NCBI GenBank assembly: GCA_020437395.1
Contig: JAGQWJ010000007.1
Span: 15,523 to 79,522 of the forward strand
From: Ignavibacteriota bacterium
GTDB taxonomy: Bacteria > Bacteroidota > Ignavibacteria > Kapaibacteriales > UBA2268
Direction: 5' to 3'
DNA length: 64,000 nt
The translations under genes were made by a program, and so were the position numbers. This document shows, piece by piece, positions 1 through 8,892 of the stretch. Below the pieces are notes generated by a model, which worked only from the letters and a program-made list of their open reading frames with translations, was not told the origin of the DNA and made no database searches. Within the stretch, counting starts at the first letter, position 1. Every line of letters begins with the position of its first letter.

Positions 1-83
1 AATCTTTCAAACTTATTTCCTTATCACCACTTGCCATTGCTTTGAAAGCTGGGGCTTTTTTTCCAATTTCTATTGCCATTTTT

Positions 84-1715
84 CTAATCCTGTGATTTCT
101 CTTCAAATGCTTTAAATTCAGATATAATTTTATTTTCTATCGGATGTTTTTCTTTTTCATCTTCAATTTTTTCTTCTTTATTAACTATTTGCAATTCTAT
201 TTTTGCTTTACTATTAGTTTTGTTAGTAAATGTTGATTGTAGTTCATTCTTGTGACTTATTAAATTGTCATAAATGAACTGAACATCAGTTGTAAGAGTA
301 ATATTATCCGCACTAAAACTTACTTTATTGATTTCCTTAACCATAGCTATATCGGTTCCAGAAATAGTTTCATCATTTACGAACCTATTCCATTTCTCTT
401 GCAAGTTCTCTTGCTTTTCTTCTACTATTTCCGATGACTCTACCGTTGGATTTTCAGTGATAATCTCACTTAAATCTTCAATTTTTTCATCAACAATATA
501 TTCTACATTAACTTCTTCAACTAACTGCTCAAACTTTTTTTTTTCCGGTTCTGGATTATCTGGGAAATCAGCTCCATTTAACTTCATTATTTCTCGGAGT
601 AAAGTTTCAATATCTTTCGCCTTATCCATAGATGCCATTTGAACCAAAGCAGATTCAAATTTTATAGTTGGTGAACTAGCAAATCGCAGATCATTTTCTG
701 TGCGCGACGCTAATTCCATTAATCTAAGTAAGTCGGCTTTAGTCATATTGTGAGCTAACTCGACATATTTCGCTTTGAACGCTTTTGATGTTTTAATCAA
801 ATCGGTTTTCTTAGTTGTTACTACGGTAAGAGTATTCCTAAAATGCTCCAATAATCCCGACATACAGTCCTTTACGTCGTAGCCGTGAGTAACAATCTCG
901 TTACTAATTGCAAAAATTTCTTTTATATCATGGTTAACTATTGCGGCACTAATCCTGAAATAGAACATCTCATCAATCAGATTCAAAGCACTTGCTAACT
1001 CTGTGTATTTTATGTCCCTTCCACAAAAAGCAATTGCTTGATCAAAAATACTTTGACTATCACGCATAGAACCATCACCCTTACGAGCTATGATTTGTAA
1101 GGATTCTTCGTCTATTGTTAATCCTTCTGCTTTTGCTATCATACTTAGCTGCTCTACTATTTCTTCTATTTCCATTCTACGGAAATTATATCTTTGGCAT
1201 CGGCTAAGGATTGTGGCAGGAATTTTCTGCGGTTCTGTTGTTGCTAATATGAAAACCAAATGAGGTGGTGGTTCTTCTATTATCTTCAACAATGCATTGA
1301 AAGCTGAATCGGACAACATGTGAACTTCATCAATGATATATACTTTATATTTTCCATTCACAGGAGGGTATTTAGCGTTCTCTCTTAATCTACGTACGTC
1401 ATCAACACTATTATTGGAAGCACCATCTATCTCAATAATATCAATAGCTCTGCCTTCGCTTAGTTGCTTAGCAAGATCGGAATTCAGATCAGGTTCAAAA
1501 TCTTCTGTGTGATTATTGAGTGCTATTGCATGGATTCGTGCTGTTGTAGTTTTACCAACCCCTCTTGGGCCACTGAATATATAAGCGTGGTGAACTCTAT
1601 CCGCAGATATTGAATTTTTTAATGTTTTAGTAATATGCTCCTGACCTACTACGTCTGAATACAGACGAGGACGCCATTTTCTTGCCGTTACTAAAAATTC
1701 TTTACTCTCGGACAT
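84..1715 (-). CDS. dnaX: DNA polymerase III subunit gamma/tau
   Basis: AAA+ clamp-loader signature (Walker A GPRGVGKTT, DEVHML, SRC motif ILSRCQR). MSESKEFLVTARKWRP aligns with the DnaX N-terminus. The ORF opens at GTG 1751, but ATG 1715 fits homologs better. Confidence 0.9.
   Translation of the reverse strand: MSESKEFLVTARKWRPRLYSDVVGQEHITKTLKNSISADRVHHAYIFSGPRGVGKTTTARIHAIALNNHTEDFEPDLNSDLAKQLSEGRAIDIIEIDGASNNSVDDVRRLRENAKYPPVNGKYKVYIIDEVHMLSDSAFNALLKIIEEPPPHLVFILATTEPQKIPATILSRCQRYNFRRMEIEEIVEQLSMIAKAEGLTIDEESLQIIARKGDGSMRDSQSIFDQAIAFCGRDIKYTELASALNLIDEMFYFRISAAIVNHDIKEIFAISNEIVTHGYDVKDCMSGLLEHFRNTLTVVTTKKTDLIKTSKAFKAKYVELAHNMTKADLLRLMELASRTENDLRFASSPTIKFESALVQMASMDKAKDIETLLREIMKLNGADFPDNPEPEKKKFEQLVEEVNVEYIVDEKIEDLSEIITENPTVESSEIVEEKQENLQEKWNRFVNDETISGTDIAMVKEINKVSFSADNITLTTDVQFIYDNLISHKNELQSTFTNKTNSKAKIELQIVNKEEKIEDEKEKHPIENKIISEFKAFEEKSQD
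534..544 (-). other. Candidate programmed frameshift / slippage site (A10 run containing A_AAA_AAG in the zero frame)
   Basis: The coding strand reads GAA CCG GAA AAA AAA AAG TTT GAG. The -1 frame gives GTT TGA. The other frame gives AGT TTG AGC AGT TAG. Confidence 0.4.
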
Positions 1716-1862
1716 AATAATCAAATCATTTGGTGCACAATAATAATCCACAATTTAAGGAATTAATATAAATGTATAAATATTAATAAGATTTTATTGA
1801 ATCTAAGTTACTATTGGTTCATTTAATATAATGTTCCAATATTTATAATACTTAATGTTAAA

Positions 1863-1905
1863 GTTAAAAAAAACCCCACTGTAGTATTTTTTTACAGTAG
1901 GGCTA
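1863..1905 (-). terminator. Rho-independent terminator downstream of mscL
   Basis: Imperfect hairpin CCC-ACTGTA / TACAGT-GGG, followed on the minus strand by a T8 run. Confidence 0.6.
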
Positions 1906-1929
1906 AAAAAAAGTATAAATATAAAGCGT

Positions 1930-2361
1930 TTATTTTTTCAGTAAATCACGAATTTCTGTTAAAAGTTGCTCTTCTTTCGAAGGCGGAGGAGGAGGTGCAT
2001 CAACTGCCACTTCTTCTTTCTTTCTGCGCATATTCATAAATATTCTAATCATCATAAATATAGCAAACGCAATTATCAGAAAATCTACTGTAGTTTGAAT
2101 AAAGTTACCGTAGTAAATAGCAACTTCAGGAACAGCAGCTACTGCCGCACCAGCTGCATCAGTTGTTTCAGCTACCCCATCTTTGAGTACTAACTTCAAA
2201 TCGGTAAAAGAAACACCACCCAATAACATACCAATTGGAGGCATTATTACATCATTAACTAATGAGCTTACTATCTTACCAAAAGCTCCACCAATTATGA
2301 TACCAACTGCCATATCAATGACATTACCTTTCATTACAAACGCTTTAAAATCGTTAAGCAT
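1930..2361 (-). CDS. mscL: Large-conductance mechanosensitive channel
   Basis: 143 aa. The N-terminus [40 protein letters not shown] is a canonical MscL TM1 region. Confidence 0.93.
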   Translation of the reverse strand: MLNDFKAFVMKGNVIDMAVGIIIGGAFGKIVSSLVNDVIMPPIGMLLGGVSFTDLKLVLKDGVAETTDAAGAAVAAVPEVAIYYGNFIQTTVDFLIIAFAIFMMIRIFMNMRRKKEEVAVDAPPPPPSKEEQLLTEIRDLLKK

Positions 2362-2416
2362 ACACCCTCTCTATAAGTTTGACAAAATAAGTTGTCTGTA
2401 ATATATGAATTTTTTT

Positions 2417-3112
2417 TTAATTTACAGTAGCTGTCATACATTTGTGAAAATTTTTTTCCAAAAGTTCCATATTAGATTGTATAGGTTCTAACACTTTTCC
2501 ATCAACTGTAAAAAATGATTCAGCGCTCATTTCTAACATTAATCTTCTCTCTGAGTTATAATAAAATCTACTATTCTCATCGATCAATGCACCTATTCTT
2601 CCTTCATAAGTTGATGTTAATGTGTAATTTATTAATTTTTTATTTTTTCTATAATATCCAGTTACTATTAGTGAATATCTTTGTGGTGCTTTTACATATT
2701 TGTATCTAACGCTATCTTTGTATTTTTTTGCCTCTTCATCATCCATCCTATCTAATGAGAATTCTATTTTTCTATAATCTTCAGACTTCAGTATTAGGTT
2801 ACTCATAATTAATCTATTCCATATAGGAAATTCAGAATCATGAAAAATTCCAGTCGTGAAGAAATTATCTGGATTTTCATTACCAGGAATTGGATTTCTA
2901 TAAAATAATTGGTTTGAATCGGTGAACATATAATAATTCAGTAATACTATATTGTCAATTCCTGTTTCAGGGTCATTAACATAATAAGTATCATCATTTA
3001 CTATATTAATAACTCTATATGTGATTGTGTCAACATAATCATCTGGTAGTACTGTATCTTCAGCACATGAAGCAAGAATTATAAACGATAAAAAAATTAA
3101 TATTTTTTTCAT
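2417..3112 (-). CDS. Hypothetical lipoprotein
   Basis: Signal peptide with lipobox (ILASC). No recognisable domain. Confidence 0.6.
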   Translation of the reverse strand: MKKILIFLSFIILASCAEDTVLPDDYVDTITYRVINIVNDDTYYVNDPETGIDNIVLLNYYMFTDSNQLFYRNPIPGNENPDNFFTTGIFHDSEFPIWNRLIMSNLILKSEDYRKIEFSLDRMDDEEAKKYKDSVRYKYVKAPQRYSLIVTGYYRKNKKLINYTLTSTYEGRIGALIDENSRFYYNSERRLMLEMSAESFFTVDGKVLEPIQSNMELLEKNFHKCMTATVN

Positions 3113-3215
3113 AAGTAATCGAAATAATAGATGAATTGGATTTATAATATTTATAATATAAGGAAAGTGGTTATAAATATGCTATCAAAAGCACTATAAT
3201 TGTATAAAAATGTGT

Positions 3216-3223
3216 TAATTTTG
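3216..3223 (+). promoter_or_regulatory. Bacteroidota-type -7 promoter element TAATTTTG (TAnnTTTG) upstream of serS
   Basis: Exact match to the TAnnTTTG consensus, 41 nt upstream of the serS ATG. Confidence 0.35.
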
Positions 3224-3263
3224 TAAATAATTTAAATCGAATACACTTAAATATAAGAAATTT

Positions 3264-4517
3264 ATGATTGATATAAATATACTAAGAGAGAAAACAGAGC
3301 TAGTTAGAAAATCTACTGAAAACAAAAATGCAAAAGTTGATATTGACAAAGCATTAGAATTAGATGAAACAAGAAGAAAATTAATAGTTGAAGTAGAAAA
3401 CCTTAAAGCTTTAAGAAACAAAGTAACACAAGAAATTTCGGACGCCAAAAAGAATAAAGAAGATGCACAATCGAAGATTGAAGAGATGCGAGGAGTTTCA
3501 ACTAAGATAAAAGAATTAGATTCGGAGTTGTCTGAAGTAGAATTAGATTTTAATTCAATACTATTGCAAATACCTAATATACATGATGATTCTGTTCCTG
3601 TTGGGAAATCTGAGAATGAAAATGTTATAATTAAAACTGTAGGCGAAGTTACAACAGATAAAAAGCCAGATCACATAGAGATTGCAAAACGTTTAGGAAT
3701 ATTAGATTTCGAAAGAGGAGCAAAAGTTTCTGGTAGTGGATTTGCATTCTACACAGGTAAAGGAGCAGCACTAGAACGCGCATTGATAAACTTCTTTTTA
3801 GATGAAAACACATCGCGTGGCTATTACGAAATGATGACTCCATTTATGGTTAATGAAGACTCAATGCGAGGCACTGGGCAGTTACCAAAGATGGCTGAGG
3901 ATATGTATCACATGCAAGAAGATAATATGTATATGATACCGACCGCAGAAGTACCTTTGACTAATTACCATAGAGACGAAATGATCCCATATAGTGAATT
4001 AAACAAACAGATATGCGGTTATTCTCCATGTTTTCGTAGAGAGGCAGGGTCTTATGGTAAAGATGTAAGAGGATTCCTTAGAGTGCATCAATTCAACAAA
4101 GTTGAGTTAGTAAAATTCACAAAACCAGAAGACAGTTGGGAAGAATTAGATAAAATGGTTGCTGATGTTGAAAATCTTCTTTCAAAACTCGGCTTTACTT
4201 ACAGATTAAACCAACTTTGTACGGGAGACACGAGCTTTGCTTCAGCTAAAACAATAGATTTGGAAGTATGGTCGGAAGGTGAACAAAATTGGTTAGAAGT
4301 ATCTAGTTGTTCTAATTTTATAGATTTCCAAGCTCGTAGAGCAAACATTAGATTCAAACGAACAGCTGATAGTAAACCAGAATTCGTACATACATTGAAC
4401 GGATCGGGATTAGCTACTCCTAGAATTTTAGTAGCTCTGATAGAAAAGTATTATGATGGAGAGAAAATAAATATTCCAGAATGCCTTCATCCGTATCTAA
4501 GGTTCAAAACAATTTAG
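3264..4517 (+). CDS. serS: Serine--tRNA ligase
   Basis: 417 aa. N-terminal coiled-coil arm plus class II core (FRREAGSYGKDVRGFLRVHQFNKVE, TLNGSGLATPR). Confidence 0.95.
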   Translation: MIDINILREKTELVRKSTENKNAKVDIDKALELDETRRKLIVEVENLKALRNKVTQEISDAKKNKEDAQSKIEEMRGVSTKIKELDSELSEVELDFNSILLQIPNIHDDSVPVGKSENENVIIKTVGEVTTDKKPDHIEIAKRLGILDFERGAKVSGSGFAFYTGKGAALERALINFFLDENTSRGYYEMMTPFMVNEDSMRGTGQLPKMAEDMYHMQEDNMYMIPTAEVPLTNYHRDEMIPYSELNKQICGYSPCFRREAGSYGKDVRGFLRVHQFNKVELVKFTKPEDSWEELDKMVADVENLLSKLGFTYRLNQLCTGDTSFASAKTIDLEVWSEGEQNWLEVSSCSNFIDFQARRANIRFKRTADSKPEFVHTLNGSGLATPRILVALIEKYYDGEKINIPECLHPYLRFKTI

Positions 4518-4743
4518 ATTGTTTATTATATAATAATGTTCTTTTTTTAAATTAAATATAATGTTTCTAATTAGTAGGTGGAAAAGGTGTAAAATTTTTT
4601 GTTGCATTGTATTCTATTCTATTAATATCAAAAGATTGGAATTTATCTGAATCATCAAAATTGAATGTAGATAATTCTGTAAAAAAAAGTGGAAATGTTG
4701 GATTAATGTTAATAAACACAAAGCAAATTTATTTACTCAAATT

Positions 4744-4785
4744 TATTCCACATAGAGTTAAAAATGTGGATATATGAAATCCACA
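4744..4785. promoter_or_regulatory. Cluster of three DnaA-box-like 9-mers (TATTCCACA, ATATCCACA on the minus strand, AAATCCACA)
   Basis: Three TCCACA cores lie within 42 bp of a 340-bp ORF-free AT-rich gap. Weaker boxes are at 4577-4585 and 4688-4696. Confidence 0.35.
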
Positions 4786-4872
4786 GAAATATGCATCTAT
4801 GTTGAGAAAGAAACGGTTCTGTGTTTAAAATTTAGTAAGTTAAAGTTTATCAAATAATTGAATAAAAATAGT

Positions 4873-5313
4873 ATGAAAATAGCAATATCTGCGGACCATG
4901 CTGGTTTTGAGTTGAAGAAAAAAATAATTAAAGCATTAGAAGAAAATGGGAATGAAGTAAAAGACTTTGGAACTTATAGCGATGAATCTATAGATTATGC
5001 AGATTTTGCATATAAAGCTGCCAAGTCAGTAGCAGACAAGAACGAAGACTTTGGTATTATAATTTGTGGTTCGGGAGTAGGAGTTTCGATTACTGCTAAT
5101 AAAGTGAAGGCTATTAGGGCTGCAAACTGCTTCAACAATGAAATGTCTGCACTTGCTAGACAACACAACAATGCTAATATAATCTGCTTAGGTGCAAGAT
5201 TTCTATCGGAGAGCCAAGCAATAGAAATGGTAAATACTTTTCTTACAACAGAGTTCGAGGGTGGACGCCACGAGAGAAGAGTGAATAAAATCCATGATCT
5301 GACAGGGTGTTAA
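4873..5313 (+). CDS. rpiB: Ribose-5-phosphate isomerase B
   Basis: MKIAISADHAGFELKK...ICGSGVGVSITANK...RHERR is typical RpiB/LacAB. ATG 4873 is preferred over the upstream TTG 4858. Confidence 0.9.
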   Translation: MKIAISADHAGFELKKKIIKALEENGNEVKDFGTYSDESIDYADFAYKAAKSVADKNEDFGIIICGSGVGVSITANKVKAIRAANCFNNEMSALARQHNNANIICLGARFLSESQAIEMVNTFLTTEFEGGRHERRVNKIHDLTGC

Positions 5314-5334
5314 TTTTTTAAAATAATGAAAAAA

Positions 5335-5363
5335 GCCCATTGAGTTATGGGCTTTTGTATTTT
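5335..5363 (+). terminator. Rho-independent terminator after rpiB
   Basis: GCCCAT-tgagtt-ATGGGC followed by TTTTGTATTTT. Confidence 0.75.
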
Positions 5364-5387
5364 AATAGAGTTGATATAATTCAAAAA

Positions 5388-5579
5388 CTATTCTTTGACT
5401 AGCTTAATAGTTCTAATGCCACTATCAGAAATCATCCTACAATAGTAAGTACCACTAGGATACTTAGACCCATCTAGATTTACGCTAAACGTACCTACAC
5501 CAAAGTCTTTAGTATTGATAAAATCGAATCTTCTACCTGTATGATTGTTATTATTCAGCAAGTTATAAGGAAATAGCAT
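5388..5579 (-). pseudogene. Orphan remnant resembling the C-terminal half of a T9SS (Por) sorting domain
   Basis: The 63-aa ORF ends ...FSVNLDGSKYPSGTYYCRMISDSGIRTIKLVKE, which matches the last strands of type A T9SS CTDs. There is no upstream cargo, and it is antisense to both neighbours. Confidence 0.4.
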
Positions 5580-5644
5580 CTTAAAGAGCTTTGTAATAGG
5601 GAGTTTATCAGATTTTTATTAAATTTAAAAAAATTAGGAATGTT

Positions 5645-7102
5645 ATGATATTAAAAAAGTTAATAGAAAACCTTAACTATATTGAGATAATAGGGAAAAC
5701 TAATGTCAATATAAATAATATACATTTTGATAGTAGGAATATTGAAGATGGTGATGTATTTATTGCAGTTAAAGGAATTGAATCAGATGGACATAATTAT
5801 ATTGAGTCAGCAGTTAGTTTTGGTGCAATAGTTATAATATGTCAAGAAAAACCAGCTGTAGTTTATGACAATGTTACTTTTATTATAGTAGAGAATTCTC
5901 GAGAAGCTCTTGCTAGAGTTAGTGCGAATTTCTACGATAATCCTTCGAATGAAATAAATATAGTCGGAGTAACCGGGACGAATGGTAAAACTACAATTAC
6001 ATTTTTAATTAGTAAATTACTGAGGAATCTTGGTTACAAAACGGCTATAATTGGTACTACTGGCATTTATATAGATGATGAAAAATTAGATGCTACTCAC
6101 ACTACTCCTGACCCAATAAGCTTGAACAAAGTTCTAAGAGATATTGTAAATAGGGGCATAAAATATGTTGTAATGGAAGTTTCTTCTCATGCCTTAGATC
6201 AGAATAGAGTTGATTTTATAGATTTTGATATTGCAATATTTACTAATATAACTCACGATCACCTTGATTATCACAAAACATTTGAAGCTTATTCGGAGGC
6301 GAAGAAAATTCTATTCGATAATCTTAAAAAGTCTAATCACGCAATAGTCAACGTTGACGATGCCGGACATAAACTTATGATAAGTGATACGATGGCAAAA
6401 GTAACAAAAGTAGGATGGGACGTAGAAGCCGATTATAAGTTAGATAAGGAAATGTTTGACCATTCTGGAAGCAAATTTACTTTAGAAAACGATAAAGACA
6501 TTTACGATATAAATTCACCTCTCGTAGCTCATTTCAATATTATGAATTTGTCGCTTTCCTTAGTTGCAGTTTCAAAATTATGTGAAATTAGCATAAGTCA
6601 AATGATTGATGATTTGTCATATATTTCATCTGCACCTGGCAGAATGGAGCGGGTAGAACTTAAGAATGGAGCTATAGTTATTATTGATTATGCTCATACT
6701 CCTGATGCTTTGGAGAAAGCAGCTAAGGCTTGTAAGGAAATGATTCTTGAAAGCTCGAAATTAATTATAATCTTCGGTTGTGGTGGAGACAGAGACAGAA
6801 TGAAAAGACCTCAAATGGCGTCTGCAGCTGAGAAATATGCCGATAGAATTATTGTAACAGATGATAACCCAAGAACTGAGGATAGGAATAGAATATTTGC
6901 AGATATTGAAAAAGGATTCACTAAACAAAGTAAATATCTAATAATCAAGGACAGAGCTGATGCTATTACTGAAGCAGTGAAGATGTCTGATACAAATGAC
7001 ATTATTCTGATTGCTGGGAAAGGGCACGAAGAATACCAAATTATTGGAACACAGAAAATTCATTTCAACGATAAGGAAACAGTGTTGAGCGTAAGTAGTT
7101 AG
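5645..7102 (+). CDS. murE: UDP-N-acetylmuramoyl-L-alanyl-D-glutamate--2,6-diaminopimelate ligase
   Basis: Mur ligase motifs GVTGTNGKTT and DYAHTPDALEK, plus the DNPR motif (TDDNPRTE) typical of meso-DAP-adding MurE. Confidence 0.93.
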   Translation: MILKKLIENLNYIEIIGKTNVNINNIHFDSRNIEDGDVFIAVKGIESDGHNYIESAVSFGAIVIICQEKPAVVYDNVTFIIVENSREALARVSANFYDNPSNEINIVGVTGTNGKTTITFLISKLLRNLGYKTAIIGTTGIYIDDEKLDATHTTPDPISLNKVLRDIVNRGIKYVVMEVSSHALDQNRVDFIDFDIAIFTNITHDHLDYHKTFEAYSEAKKILFDNLKKSNHAIVNVDDAGHKLMISDTMAKVTKVGWDVEADYKLDKEMFDHSGSKFTLENDKDIYDINSPLVAHFNIMNLSLSLVAVSKLCEISISQMIDDLSYISSAPGRMERVELKNGAIVIIDYAHTPDALEKAAKACKEMILESSKLIIIFGCGGDRDRMKRPQMASAAEKYADRIIVTDDNPRTEDRNRIFADIEKGFTKQSKYLIIKDRADAITEAVKMSDTNDIILIAGKGHEEYQIIGTQKIHFNDKETVLSVSS

Positions 7103-7153
7103 AAGATTAGACAAGATTTTAGAAAAAGAATAAATATAAAAAAACATAGGGTT

Positions 7154-8227
7154 ATGGTCAGAATATTTATAGCAATATTATTTATAATAGTTCCAATTAC
7201 ATTAGCATCACAAGATACTTTAGAAATACCAAAAACATTGAAAGTCGGTTATGTAGGTTCTCCTCCCTTTGTTTTTGAAAAATCTTCCCCTGAAGGCATT
7301 GTAATAGATGTTTGGAAAGAAATAGCTTTTAATTCGGATTATAAATATTCTATGTTTAGATATGAGTCAGTTGATGATGCAATAGAATCTATAAACACGG
7401 ATTCATTAGATGTGGTAATTGGTTCAATAACAATAAATAGACAAAGGGCTGAAAAAGTAAGTTTTACTCAACCATTTTTTGAAACAGAAATGGGTTTACT
7501 TGCACCTGAAATCGAAATAACTCTATGGGAGAAGCTATCACCATTTTTTAGCACTACATTTCTTTATGCAATTATTGTACTTCTTTTCATCTTGTCTATT
7601 GTTGGTTTCTTGGTATGGTTTTCGGAACGTAATAGTTCCTTAGAAGAGTATAAGAATAAACCTATACAAGGAATTGGAATAGGTGTGTGGCTATCTATTG
7701 TAACTATGACGACAGTAGGCTATGGCGATTATGCCCCTAAGAGTCTATCGGGTAGGATTGTACTAGGTACTTGGATGATTATCTCACTTATTATGGCCAC
7801 TTCGTTTGTAGCAGGTATTGCTAGTACTTTGACAGCTTCCAGTGGAGCTAACAGAACCATAAGCTCAATAAACGAAATTAACGAGAAGAAAATAGCCGCT
7901 CCTTCTGTTGATAGAGTTTTGAATAGTATAAGAACTAACGGAGGTACCTCAATTGTTGTCAATAATATATCGGAGGGGATAAAAATACTAGAAGATAATG
8001 AAGTAGATGCTCTTCTTTACGATTTGATTCCTTTAGAATATATGTTCAATAAAATGGATAAAACGAAATTCAGATTATCTAAAAAGAGTATGTTCAAACA
8101 GAATTATGGCTTTATAGTTCCTGTGAATAGTCCGTTGTTGAGGGATTTGAATTTACAAATTCTGAAGTTAAAAGAAACGAATGAAGTGGACTACATAGTA
8201 GAAGATTGGATTAATAGAGTAGATTAA
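7154..8227 (+). CDS. GluR0-like ligand-gated potassium channel (periplasmic binding-protein lobes S1/S2 interrupted by an M1-P-M2 pore)
   Basis: Signal peptide, then an SBP_bac_3-like lobe 1, TM, pore helix with TVGYGD (7712-7729), TM, and SBP lobe 2. Confidence 0.8.
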   Translation: MVRIFIAILFIIVPITLASQDTLEIPKTLKVGYVGSPPFVFEKSSPEGIVIDVWKEIAFNSDYKYSMFRYESVDDAIESINTDSLDVVIGSITINRQRAEKVSFTQPFFETEMGLLAPEIEITLWEKLSPFFSTTFLYAIIVLLFILSIVGFLVWFSERNSSLEEYKNKPIQGIGIGVWLSIVTMTTVGYGDYAPKSLSGRIVLGTWMIISLIMATSFVAGIASTLTASSGANRTISSINEINEKKIAAPSVDRVLNSIRTNGGTSIVVNNISEGIKILEDNEVDALLYDLIPLEYMFNKMDKTKFRLSKKSMFKQNYGFIVPVNSPLLRDLNLQILKLKETNEVDYIVEDWINRVD

Positions 8228-8241
8228 GGCTGGTAAAAAAA

Positions 8242-8745
8242 TTATGTAAATAGGAAGGGTTTCCATTCTTTTTCTATTCTTCCTATCTTTTGGTTCAAAT
8301 ATAGTACATAGTTTGGTTTGTGGGGTTTGCTAATCAATGACATATTAGCTTCTTCGGGTGTCATATTACTTTTTTTATTATTACATTCGAAACAAGCAGT
8401 AGTTAGATTAGACCAAGTTGAAGCACCACCTCTCGATTTGGGAATAATATGATCAATTGTAAGTAATCCTTTATTTGTACCACAATATTGGCATCGTTCA
8501 CTATCTCTGCGAAATATATTTTTCTTACTTAATTCAACTTCTCTATAAGGTATTCGTTGATATTTATTCAATTTTATAACGCTGGGAAAATCGAGAGTTT
8601 TACTTACGGAATGAATTAATTTATTTTGCGCCTTTTCTATCAACTCAGCTTTAAAGAGATATAAAAGTGTTATTGCTCTCTTGGGTGTACATATTGAAAG
8701 TGGTTCGTAGCTTTGGTTTAGTACTAATACTCTACCACTTAATAT
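8242..8745 (-). CDS. HNH endonuclease (McrA-like, COG1403)
   Basis: HNH motif CQYCG...IDHIIPKSRGG...NLTTACFECNNKK. The first canonical start is TTG 8643. The in-frame upstream sequence encodes the family-typical VLVLNQSYEPLSICTPKRAITLLYLFKAE, so ATA 8745 is proposed as the start (uncertain). Confidence 0.75.
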   Translation of the reverse strand: MLSGRVLVLNQSYEPLSICTPKRAITLLYLFKAELIEKAQNKLIHSVSKTLDFPSVIKLNKYQRIPYREVELSKKNIFRRDSERCQYCGTNKGLLTIDHIIPKSRGGASTWSNLTTACFECNNKKSNMTPEEANMSLISKPHKPNYVLYLNQKIGRIEKEWKPFLFT

Positions 8746-8892
8746 TTCATTAGCATTGGTTCGGAAATTACTGAAGACGAAGCCCCATAAGTATAATATA
8801 TGAATATAAATAACTTTAAAATTTATCTAAGTTAGTAAAATATCTTAATTTTGGCAATAAGATTTAATAAAGAAACAAAAAATAGTTATCAA

